A DNA stretch of 63,264 nucleotides, counting the filler, from Reticulomyxa filosa (taxonomy: Eukaryota > Protista > Foraminifera): the NCBI GenBank assembly GCA_000512085.1. It is 15 parts of 15 records of this genome, joined end to end, with 100 filler letters (N's around TTAATTAATTAA, not from the genome) between each part and the next. Parts side by side here need not be neighbours in the genome. Positions count along the whole stretch, not along the records: positions 47,809 to 58,881 come from ASPP01002943.1; positions 58,982 to 60,665 come from ASPP01000399.1; positions 60,766 to 63,264 come from ASPP01048175.1; 12 more parts are not named here. One strand, written 5' to 3'. Below, in pieces: positions 52,328-63,264 of the stretch (position 1 is its first letter; every line of letters begins with the position of its first letter). Both the position numbers and the translations under genes were made by a program. The notes below the pieces were generated by a model, which saw only the letters and a program-made list of their open reading frames with translations, was not told the DNA's origin and made no database searches.

Positions 52328-54917
52328 ATGATAAGTGTAGATCTGTTTTCTCTAAAACCTTTGATATCATTTTCAGGGGTTACGTTAACATCAACAAGCG
52401 CACCATCAGAGACATCAGATTTCCAAATCTTGAGCTGGACAGCTGGAGGTCAATACGACGGGAGAGAGTTTGTAGTGGTTGGCTGCCGTTCGAACGGCAA
52501 TAATGGGCAGCAGTACTTGATTGTGCGTTCGATCCACGCAGTGTTGAATAGGCATCAGAAGTCGTCGAAGACAATGCGCGACTTGAATCAGAACCTGCGT
52601 GAGAAGGAGGTTTTGCACTACCTGTACGACAACGTGTTGGACACGGACGACGACAGCCCTGTGTTGGCAGAGAAAGGGAAGAGTGTGGAAGCAGCAAAGG
52701 CAAGCCCGCTGCAAGAGTACGTGGGAATGGTGGAAAATGGAACAGGCTCATCCAGCGACGATCCGCGTTTGCACAAGAAACAAACGTCAGAAAAAGTTTC
52801 TTTTTGAAAAAAAAATAGAAAAACTGATTATTGAATGATCAAAAAAAAAAAAAAAGGGGGGGGAAACAATATTATATATGTGTATATAATCAAAGATAAA
52901 GAGATATTAAAAATTGCAACCAATCAAAAAAAAATAGAAAATTTGAAAACCGAACAAACGACAAAAGTATGCAAATGGACGATGACACCTTTGACGTGGA
53001 AAGCGTGTCATCAGCCGAGTCGTGGGGCAAAGATGACAAGATGTTGACGGCGTCGTTGAACGCAAGGAAGGCGGAGCAAAGGATGGATCCCAAAGAACAA
53101 AGCCGAGATCATCACCACGCAGCAGGCCAGACACGAAGTCGTGGTCGTGGCCATGGCCGGTTGTCAACACATGGGGCCAAAGACAAAGCGGATGCGAGAC
53201 TGATTGACGAAAAGCCAGTGTTGCGGATAATTCCATGGCTAAGGAAGTGGAACGAGAACAGCGGATTAGGGGATAAGACCATCATTGGTCTGGACTTCAA
53301 CCCATCGGGCGCGTGGCTGTCTATCACGTGCAAAGACTGCAGTGTGTATCTGTTGCCACTGCGCAAGCTATTGGAAATGCCGACCGATCAGATCGAGCAG
53401 TCGATGAGCAACATGGAGACTAACAGCAAAGACAAAAGTAAGAACAACGATGGTAATAGTGGCAGTGGCGAGTCGTTGTCTGCATTACAGAACATGCCTC
53501 GAGGGAGCATAATCGCGTCCGATCAAGAGAGAATGAAGGCCAAACACAAATCGGCAATCTCCAAGATGGGCACAGGCAAGCTGTCGCATCTGGTGATTCA
53601 CCGGGGCAAGACCAACAAAACCTACGAACATCAACACCAAAACACGTCCAACTGGCTCAACAATCTGTCGCTGTTCACCCCCGCCAACGACTCCAAGACG
53701 CAAGCCCTCGCTGCGCGTATGCGTCTGTGGGCCACACGTCGAGGCGAGGATAGGACCGAAATGCTGGAGGAGGCTGTATGTGGAGTCAATAGCGAGTTTT
53801 ATGGCCCGCTCAATGACTTGACCGTGGTCACTATCGGCGTTAATTTGTCAAGTTCTCTTCGCGGACGACAGGACAAGGATAAAGACAGAGATAAAGATAA
53901 AGATAAAGATATATGTGCGACGTGTGCGTGCTGGTGGAAGACACGCAGTGGCACTGACATGATCATCTTCGGAACTAATGACGGACGTCTATGCTTTGTT
54001 GATGTGCGCACACATCGAAAGACGTGGATCGAAGTCGCGCATCATAAGTTCACTGTTGACAAGTTGGAGTTGATCATTGACATCCGCAGCAGCAGTCTCC
54101 TCGTACGCTGCTACGATCCCTCTGCCACCATATTCAAGTCCAAACCACCTCCTCCACCACCACCGTTCAAAGATGTGTCTGCAAGACGAGTGAATACAAA
54201 TATAAACATGAACATGAATATGAATATGAATATGAATATGAATATGAACAGGCCTGTTCAACATGAATATTACATGCTGCTGTTAGAACGTCCCAAGAAA
54301 AAAAAAACAACAGAGACCCTTTTGAGAAACTCGAAGGCATCACTCCAGAGATTCTCGCTCAATCCGGATTTGTCTTGAAAAACGGAGACGATGAGGTTGA
54401 TCCCTCCACCATTACCGATTGGGATTGCATCATTGACTGCTTCGATGTGCACAAACATCTGTTTTCCTCCGTTCCACTCCAATTGACAGATTCTAATTCG
54501 AATTCCAATTTCAATGCCAATTCCAACTCTTCCATTCAACTGTCCGTCTATCACAACACCGGCTCCGTCATCGCCGATCCCCATCAACACACTCCTACGC
54601 CCAGCGAGGCTGCCGCCGCCAAACTCGGACTCAAGTATCCCAACAGGAGGATCGTGGCGCAAAATGAAATCGAATATCGACATCTGAAAGAACAGCGCGA
54701 ACAAAAGAGCAACGAACAGTCGGGCGATCATACGCTCGACCTACACGACCATCATTCCAAACATGACTCGGTGTTCACAGAGCATGCACGCTCCTGCGTG
54801 CACTTTGGCGTTTTTAATCCCGGCGAGTGTCGGCTCGCCCTCCATGCCATTGATGAAATTCACCAATCACCACGCGCTTTTTTCAATATCAAGCCATCTT
54901 TAGCAAATGTTTGCATT

Positions 54918-54966
<49 letters not shown>

Positions 54967-57900
54967 CATATAGTATATCTTGTTAATTCATTTGTTTGTT
55001 TGTTTGTTTGTATTGTTCACTTATTTTATAGGTGTTTGCTCACAATTTCATCATTTCACTTGCTCCCAATAACGAATCGAACAAAATAGCCATCATTGCT
55101 CCCCCTTTGGCATCGCTGATGAATCCGCTGTTGGAAGAAGAAGAGGAGTATCTCGACAGCGAAGACTCGAACGAGCCCGCGGACAACGTTCAAGTAGCAC
55201 AGGATCCGATGCAAAAGAAAGAGGAAAAGCAAGAAGGAAGAGAAAAGGAAAAAGAAATAGTCTACTTTGACGAGAAAAGTGACAAGAACTCACAGCCCAG
55301 TGACAATAGCAATGATAGTGATAATGATAGTGATAATGGCTCTATTGATGCCAATGTACACAATTCGCCGAAAATGAATCCTATGGAAAAGCCACGGAAA
55401 TTATCCAGGTCGCCCAGAGCAAGTAAAAAAAGGGACACGGTCGCAGATGTGATGGCCGATTTGAACAATGGCATCGTGCAGACCTTGTGTTTAGACCCCG
55501 GCGAAGAAATTCTGGCAATTCTTGACCGAACGACCAGCGTGATAATGGGCAACACACGCATTGTGAATCGATTAGACCCCTTGGCCCTGGCGCAGTTGAA
55601 TCTAGAGTCCAAACATTTGTTTGACGTTTCCATAACTCCGCTTATGGCCAACCAATTTGAGTCGTACAATGCCACTCACTCCACGTGGTCGTCTTTGCGT
55701 TCGCCCAACTTGTTGCTGCTGACAAACAAAGGCGTGTATCAAATCCAAAAGCAATTCGATGGCTTTCAGACTGTATTGCAGGCGATTGAACAGCAGGCCA
55801 TGCAACTCCATCAAATCAAAGATGGTAACAAGCAACGTTTCCGTTACTCGACAGCGTTGATCCGAGGACTTTCCCAATGCTGTGAAGTCAGTTCTAAAAG
55901 CACTTATGAAATCGCCGCCGACCGTATTTTGGCAGATAGAACGGTTTGTTTGTCAGAAGTGTTTTTTAATACATATATCCATATATGTATATGTATATAT
56001 ATTCATATATAGATATATTCATATATAGATATATGTCTTGGTTGGGTATGATGAACAAATGTATAGCGGAGACTGAATGTAGACAACAACGTGAATGTCG
56101 AGAGTGCATTTGAGCTGTATAAACAATCGAGCGCGAGTGTGGCCAAATTGGTGAGACAGTTTGTTCGTCCAGAGTGGTCATACCACAGCAAACACGAGAT
56201 AATATTAAACAAGTTGATCGAAGTGCTGAAGATGCTGTTGACGACGAGCGACATTCCGTCCCGCGTAATGCTGTGTGATATCATCTTCAACATCATGCTT
56301 TTGGAGTTCACGAAGCACAAATCGTTTTTCGTATTGCAGTTTTTGTGCCAGTTTGCGCCGCATTTGAAAGACTACATGAATTCACTGACAGCCGAAATGG
56401 AGGCCTCAGTCAAGCGCAAGCATCTTTCGGACGACAAGGACAACAAGAAGGCAAACGAAGATTCCGCGACGAAGCCGCAGTCCATTGTCGCACAGTTGAC
56501 GCTATCGAATCTATCAAAGATGCAAGACGTCCCTTTGGCAAGATCGGCAAACGACAAAGAGGACGAAGAAGAGCGGAAAAAGAAGCTGATCAACTTTGTG
56601 GTGATGAATCCGGAATGCTCACTAAAAAACGTCATTCGAAAGCTATTGAATGCGTCTCAACAAAACATGGCCTTGCAGGTGTTGCGCGCGCACGACCAAC
56701 CGCCGTCCACGACCGACGAAAAACAGCTTTCATTCGCACCGGTCTACGGCAATCTCACGGATTTCTTTTTGTCAATGGTCGGCACCCTCGGTCTGGATAT
56801 GAAACAGGACAGTGCCGTGTTCATCATCACTCACTATCCGTTGCTGTTTTTGGAACGACGTATCGATTTGGAATGCATCCCCTCAAAACATTGGAGCGAT
56901 GTCATTTGCAACATGCTAGATCTGATCGTCCAGCTATGCACGAATAACCAGGAGGCGCTCCAGTTCTACAAGAAGCAGCAAATGTTCCGCAAAAGGCAAA
57001 AGGAGTTGTACGAGTCGTATTTGGACGAAAAAAAGTCATTGCATGATGTTGAGCAAGACCGATGGAAAAAGGGTCAAATGACCAAGTTGTGCTCCTCGAT
57101 CGATAGAGATGATATTGTACCATCGACGTCAGCAGCGGCAGCAAGCATAGATGAAGATGATCCAATGGAGAGTCGTGACTCCTATGTCGACGATAACTTT
57201 CCAAGGAATCGAAAGGCGCCCATGCGACATAGCACCATGACACCGATGCCAACGGCGTCGAGTGACAAGCCGAACTCGTATCAAGAGGAGATACGATTGC
57301 GACAGAAACAATTGGTTGCTTATTTGTCCGATAAATTGCCACTGTTTTCTTTGGATCAATTGATGGTGATGCACGCGTTCCTAAAAAAGCTGACAATGCA
57401 AATTTTGGATAGCTTGTCCGGCGTGTTTGCCGCAGATGACAAAAAGATTGCCAAAAATGAAAGCGATTCCGCGGCAGCGACGACCCCAACTTTTTTGGAT
57501 CGAATGAACAACGTTTCTTTGAAGATAACACGGGCAAATCCACGTATTCGCCACTGTTGTGGTCTACGCCTTGGTGGCTTGCTTTGCATTTGAAAATATT
57601 GTTGCGCATTCGACAGATGCTGAGAGAGAGTGGTGCTAACAAAAACGATTTGGAACTGCTTGGCGGAATTAATCGTAACAGTGTAAAAATTAATGCGCAA
57701 AAAAATGAACAAAATAAAAACTCAATCATTGTGAAAGAATTGGATATTTTCCTTGATAATCTTTTACACAAGTTTACCGGGATGATCAACACTTCGCATG
57801 TTTTGGATGAAATTCACAAATACAGTGACTTTGTTGTCGCCTGTATTCTCTATGGAAAACTCCAGCGTTACTATGATTATGTATTGACGCTGACAAAATA

Positions 57901-58372
57901 TATCCTTTCTGCTCATTCTCAAGAATTCAGTGCAAAAGCGGAATTTCGACAGTCTGTTTTGTACGATTTTCTTTTTGAAAAATTACTAATGTTAACACCT
58001 TTGAATTTGTACTTGGCCCAAACTAATAATCGCAAGACGTTGTACTCTTTGGAAGAATTGAAACGTTACATCGGTGGTAATAACCGCGACGGCATGACTC
58101 CGAAAATTGCAATGAACAGTGGATTAAGTGCTGGCCAAGGCAGGTGTTTGGCACATATTTTGCTGCTATGGGCAAAGCTCCAATGTCCAACGCATGAAAT
58201 CGAAAGGTTTTTCATAGAATACTTTGATTATCTCAAACTTGGGCTTGTTGATGTCTTATTCAAAAATTGGTCCAAATATCAAAATATCCTAACAAATGAG
58301 CAAATGCCTTCCTTTTCTCCAAAGCTAATGTTCAAATTGACTCGTTTTTCGATGCAATCCAACTTGACATAA
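52328..58372 (+). CDS. Large hypothetical protein with WD40-like N-terminal part and helical C-terminal part, multi-exon
   Basis: Consecutive long same-strand ORFs joined by introns or frameshifts. GLDFNPSGAWLSITCKDCSVYL and IIFGTNDGRLCFVD look like propeller blades. Confidence 0.6.
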
Positions 58373-58881
58373 ACCATATTTTGTTGGAGTTATTTGTTTC
58401 AACAGGAAGGAGGAAAAAGGCAATCTTGTTTCTCATTTTTATTGCGATAGCGTTGCAAAATCAACAATAAATAAAATACAATGTGTTAAAAAAAATTTGG
58501 CACAAAAGGAACATACGATATTTGTGATTCCCTGGTTGGTTGCTTGGTATTTGACCAAGAGAGAGATTACAGCACCCTATAGCAGTTTACTCGATAACGA
58601 ATAAGTTAAATTTCATTACTTTCTCTTAGTTAAAACTAACAGCAGAACGCTGTGATAGAACGCAATATTTTCTTTAATTGTAAAATCATTGCGTCAATGT
58701 CGGACACAGACGACAGAATATTTTTCGCAATTGCTTGCAAAATCAGGGACTAAGAAAGATTATCTTCACTAATTAATAAACAGTAACAAATGAATCATAA
58801 ATATTCATATTTTATTTTTTATTTCCAACTTTTATTGTCTTTATTAGGCTAATATATAATTAAAAAACCACATAAATAATT

Positions 58882-58981
58882 NNNNNNNNNNNNNNNNNNN
58901 NNNNNNNNNNNNNNNNNNNNNNNNNTTAATTAATTAANNNNNNNNNNNNNNNNNNNNNNNNNNNNNNNNNNNNNNNNNNNN
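58882..58981. other. Artificial contig linker
   Basis: N44-TTAATTAATTAA-N44. Confidence 0.97.
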
Positions 58982-59249
58982 GCAACTGATGTCAATATAC
59001 GCGGTAAGTTTTAAAGCACTTCCACCTCTCACAGTCACACGATGCTGACAAAAATGAACTGCAACAAAAAACGTTGCCAAAGGGTAACAAAATAGTTTAC
59101 AGTCACACTCCAGCCACAATTTCACAAAAACCATAAAAAAATTTATATCACTATAAAATTTTTTACTAGTTAAAAATTTTCTAGTTAGAATTCTTTTTTT
59201 CTTGGTCCGGAACTTTCTTGGACTAGACGACGTTTGAGATACTTTACTT

Positions 59250-60050
59250 TACTTTCAAAATCTCCTTCAAGAGACGTCGATGTATCTTGACACTTCCAAC
59301 CGCAATCTCTTCAAAATACAACTTTTTAATAAAAGTTAATATTAATGACGAAGGTGATATATTAATTTTTTTTTTTCTAAAGTGGAGGCTTAATGGATTG
59401 AGGCAATCTTTCCATTTGATTTGGTGTCTTGTTACCTTTGGTATTCCAACTCCAGCGCCATGAACATATATTGTCGACAATTTTCCACTCGAAGAAAATC
59501 TTTAATCTTCTTTGAATTTATGATTTTATTTCCATAATAAATAACCTTCTGGAAACTTGTTACTCCATTAACACATTCTAGAATAACTTCACTTCTTCTT
59601 GCTGTTTTCGTAATTCCAATGGAGGTAATTGTGAAATGACATTGATAGTGTCATATGCAGTGGAATTCATCACATTTCCTCTTTGAATTCGTTCTAATCT
59701 TTTCTTGTGATTCTGCCGCTCCATTCCAGAATTGTACAAGGATAAACTTGTACACCAACTTTAAATTTTTTTCACTGGAATTAATTCCATTCAATACCAC
59801 TTGCCCAACTCGATCTTTGAGGAAGCTGTCCAACCGTGCTGTGCTTTGGAATTGGCCCTTTTCCACAATCTGAAAATTTCCTCTTCTTTGCCTTGTTGTT
59901 GATTTGCATAGCCGATTGTCTTTGTGATAATCCAATTCCAGATTGATCAATACCAATACCAAAAATTACCAAATAATCCACTCAACATATTCACTTTCAT
60001 TCCAGATTTCAATTTCCTTTTTTTTAGCTGGAAGAATGTAATTTTGAATT
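59250..60050 (-). mobile_element. Highly degraded LINE-type (non-CRE) reverse transcriptase remnant
   Basis: Fragments LDSFLKDRVGQVVLNGINS (just upstream of the GVPQG motif in LINE RTs), LVYK...WNGA and LERIQR...STAYDTINVISQLPPLELR (thumb region), separated by deletions and stops. Confidence 0.6.
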
Positions 60051-60665
60051 GACAAAAATATCATTTCAAAATGATCTCAATTTAACTCACAAAAACTTTT
60101 TGATCATCACACAATAGCATTGCTCATCTCTGTGCAGCTCAGAGGGGTCCAAGGGTCTTCAGCAGACGATGACGTCATATGCTTCGAAGGTTAAATATCA
60201 ATCAAATTAAAATGAAAAAAATTCAACATTCTCAGTTATCACCTTACAAAATTAAACAAAACTATAGCAACCAAAAAACAAACATAAAAATTGTTAAAAC
60301 ATTTTATTTTTTTTAGTTTCGGGCCTTTGGGGACCTTTTCATTGGTTTCTGGACCTGACTCGGATCATTAGGCTTCTCGCCCGTTTTTGGCACAGAGTCC
60401 GAAAATATTTGTTAATGAGATGCCGAGCCGCGATTGAAGGATGTATTTTGGCATTTTTTCCACTCCCTTTCGCTTTGGTATTTGCCCCTGTTGGCCTTTT
60501 AGTTAGCCAATGATGATGCATAGATATGAATTTTTTATTATTTATTTCAATTTCCCACAATTGGCATCATTACAAGTTTGAGAATTTGCCGAAGACAGCA
60601 TCTTATTTTGAATTGCAAATAAAAGTTTTATTGTTCCTGTTTGCCTCTTTTTCAGTCACAAAATA

Positions 60666-60765
60666 NNNNNNNNNNNNNNNNNNNNNNNNNNNNNNNNNNN
60701 NNNNNNNNNTTAATTAATTAANNNNNNNNNNNNNNNNNNNNNNNNNNNNNNNNNNNNNNNNNNNN
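60666..60765. other. Artificial contig linker
   Basis: N44-TTAATTAATTAA-N44. Confidence 0.97.
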
Positions 60766-60776
60766 AAAAATTATAA

Positions 60777-60888
60777 AAAATTTGCTTGACAACAAAAGGT
60801 TTGAAAAAACAGGAATTAAAGCAAACCAATTCCGCCGGCACCATGTTAGTTCGGTTTTTTTCAAACCTTTTGTTGTCAAGAAAATTTT
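60777..60888. repeat. Inverted repeat (25-bp perfect arms, 46-bp spacer)
   Basis: CTTGACAACAAAAGGTTTGAAAAAA (60785-60809) is the exact reverse complement of 60856-60880. It extends to 33 bp with one mismatch. Confidence 0.9.
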
Positions 60889-61299
60889 GGTCCTGTTTCG
60901 TATATAAAAAAACCTAAAACTGCTTTGGACTAACTTTGCTTTCTGACCGCTTTTTCTCACGTTAAGTGTTTTTTACCAATTCGCTTCGTTTTTGGGTTCA
61001 CTTCGTCGTAACAAAAAAATGATAACCTTGTTAAACTTCACTAAGAGTGACTCTATCAAAACTACTAAACTTTTGTGTTGACTTCTATATTTTGATAATA
61101 AAAAAAAGTTCACGTATCATCTCACGTAGGGTGGAGGTAAATAGTTTCCCAAGTTTAAAAACGGAAAAGGAATATCAAAACTCAAAACTACCCAAAAATG
61201 AAAAAAATAATTTTAAATAAATTGGTATTTGCCCTATTTTGGGAAAAATGAACGAAAAAATTTGATTTAAGAAAATTTTATTTTTGTGAACGGTGTCTA

Positions 61300-62890
61300 T
61301 GGAAAAATAGGATCTTTAATCTGAACTCGAACTTTCATCATGGTGATCATGCCCATGTTCATTTATCTGTGCCCCTTGCTATGCGCAATGGGAGTTAAGT
61401 AATCGTCATTCCCTTTTTGAAGTTGAATGCTTAATGTATTGTATACTTGCTCCTTGATTTTGAATAGATCCTCACAATCTTTGTCGGAAATCACTTGGGC
61501 CAGTTTGCCGAAGAAATCTCTGGCATCTTGTTGCCATCCACCTGTGGCCTCCGCAATAAGTAGGGTGAACGACTTGTTCGCCTGCTCGCACCGAAGTCTG
61601 TGTTTCGAGATCTTTATACGTCGGTAACTCTAATGTCCAATTGTCTGTGTTGTTTCCTCTGTGTACTTGTTAATTGATAATGTTTTGATATGTGATACCA
61701 ATTCCAGGTATTTCTCTTCAAACTCATCTCCAAACCATCTCAGACAAATTTCACCAGGCCTGTGGTTTGTTTCGTGGTGGCACGAACTTCCTTCTAGTGT
61801 GGGATAGTTGCACGCTTCAATAGGTTGGCAATGCATGCGACTATTCCATCATGGCGGGCTACTCGGCCTTTTTCGAAGGGCAATATAACGCGTGGTTACC
61901 CATGGGTGTCAAGCAGGCGGGGTTCGCTTTGTGCTGAATGTTTGTTTTTGCACTAGCCGAAATCGGAGAAGGGCTCGAAGTTCCCAATTATCGAAGAGTG
62001 AGCGTTGGAGCTTATTGGGGCGCGCGTTGAGATATCCGGAAGCGTGTGGTTTTGAAACCGCCTTTACCAATGTGCGATGTTCCGGGACAATTTATCTCGG
62101 AACTAGCCTTGTATACGGGACATCACGTTTTTGCTAATCGGGCCTGGTTTGGAATGAAGGCACTATCGATAATGTTGTTGTGTGATTGTGTATTTGTGTT
62201 GTAGTGAGTTTCAGCACCTCAAATTCGTTATGTGGCAGACATTCGACATTTTGGATGTGGAGTTTATCATTGGCAATCGTTGGCTTGATGTTTGGGCCGA
62301 TGCATGTATGCTGTGCTGGATAGTGCATTTGCAGAGCTGAGGCCCAGACCTCATCTCTTGATGAGCATTTGGCATTGGAGTCATTGGTTATTGATTAGTG
62401 GGCATGCCAGTGTCGATTCCATGGTGTGTTTCACCTTTTGATCGAAACTATTGGTCCAATTATGTGGTGTCTTGATAAAATTGGCTCGCATATGAAATGT
62501 GGCTTTGGTGGCATTCAACGAATTCCTGAGAAGTAACAGCATAGTTTGCGCGTGTTTCAAGGATAGAAAATTCTCGAATTGGGTGTTACAGTCTTTTACA
62601 ATTACGTCTATTTCTTTTTGGATTTATTTTTTATCCCCAATCGGAACTCCAACGATTGTTGTGTTGAATGTTGTGTTGTGAGGGATTTGTTGTAGGTACG
62701 AAGGATGCGGTGTTTGAGAATTGGATATCCATTCGCATAAAGAAGGTTCCCCCAGTGGGTCCCCTTGATAGACTCCCGATTTGGAAAGAATAGTATAACT
62801 GGTAGGCAGGAAAAGCGGCGCGTGCGTGGCATAACAGCCTTTTGCATAACTATATAGTTCGGGGACCTGCATTCTCACGAGTTCCTTTTA
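61300..62890 (-). mobile_element. Decayed, 5'-truncated CRE-like non-LTR retrotransposon (RT C-terminus, zinc knuckle, restriction-like endonuclease)
   Basis: Minus-strand pieces in order: VPELYSYAKGCY...GVYQGDPL, IVGVPIG, Q*LQCQMLIKR*GLGL, HASGYLNARP...LRALLRFRL, GNHALYC..ARHD, RPGEI, KISKHRLRCEQANKSFTLLIAEATGGW, LSIQLQKGN, stop at 61363-61365. The YxDD region is deleted. Confidence 0.9.
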
Positions 62891-63264
62891 TATTGATTTT
62901 GCTAGTTTCGTTCTAATGTAAAAAACAATACTTTTTTTAGCGCAGTGAAAAAAGTAATACATAAGTTATTCGAAATGATTTAAAATCCCTAAGAATTCTC
63001 AAAAGTCACTAATAAAAACTCAATTTACATAAATCTTTGTTATAAGAAAACTTGTTGTTTAACGTAACACCGATTGCAGTCTAACTTTGTCAAAAATCAA
63101 AGTTATTTCACCGGAATTTCACCAATCGATTGGAAAATGTTTGTTCTAACGTTCTAACCTGGTTTGGAAGCTTCCATTTTATTTTTCATTTTTTATATTT
63201 TATAATACTAGTCATTTTTCGTAGATTTTCAAAGATACTTTTCATTCTCTTTCCAAGGTTAAAA

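Overview
This is AT-rich, intron-containing eukaryotic DNA. The expanded WD40, Kelch-like, TRAF and 7TM families, many pseudogenes and poly-Asn tracts suggest a foraminiferan such as Reticulomyxa (inference). The window is 15 contigs joined by 14 artificial 100-bp linkers (N44-TTAATTAATTAA-N44), so adjacency across linkers cannot be trusted. Host genes recognised: a WD40/Kelch-like cluster, LRR-RhoGAP, TBC1D20-like RabGAP, membrin/GOSR2, HEXXH-type dipeptidyl peptidase III, ELO elongase, PP2A scaffold A, exportin-4, a La-motif protein, an HPS5/TECPR2-like gene and a large unknown propeller/helical protein. The main finding is a CRE-like non-LTR retrotransposon at ~8075-11949. Repairing 3 stops and 2 compensating frameshifts gives one intronless reading frame: Zn-binding module, divergent kinesin motor domain, linker, C2H2 finger, reverse transcriptase. 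A related decayed CRE-like copy at ~61300-62890 carries the zinc knuckle and restriction-like endonuclease expected for the missing 3' end.
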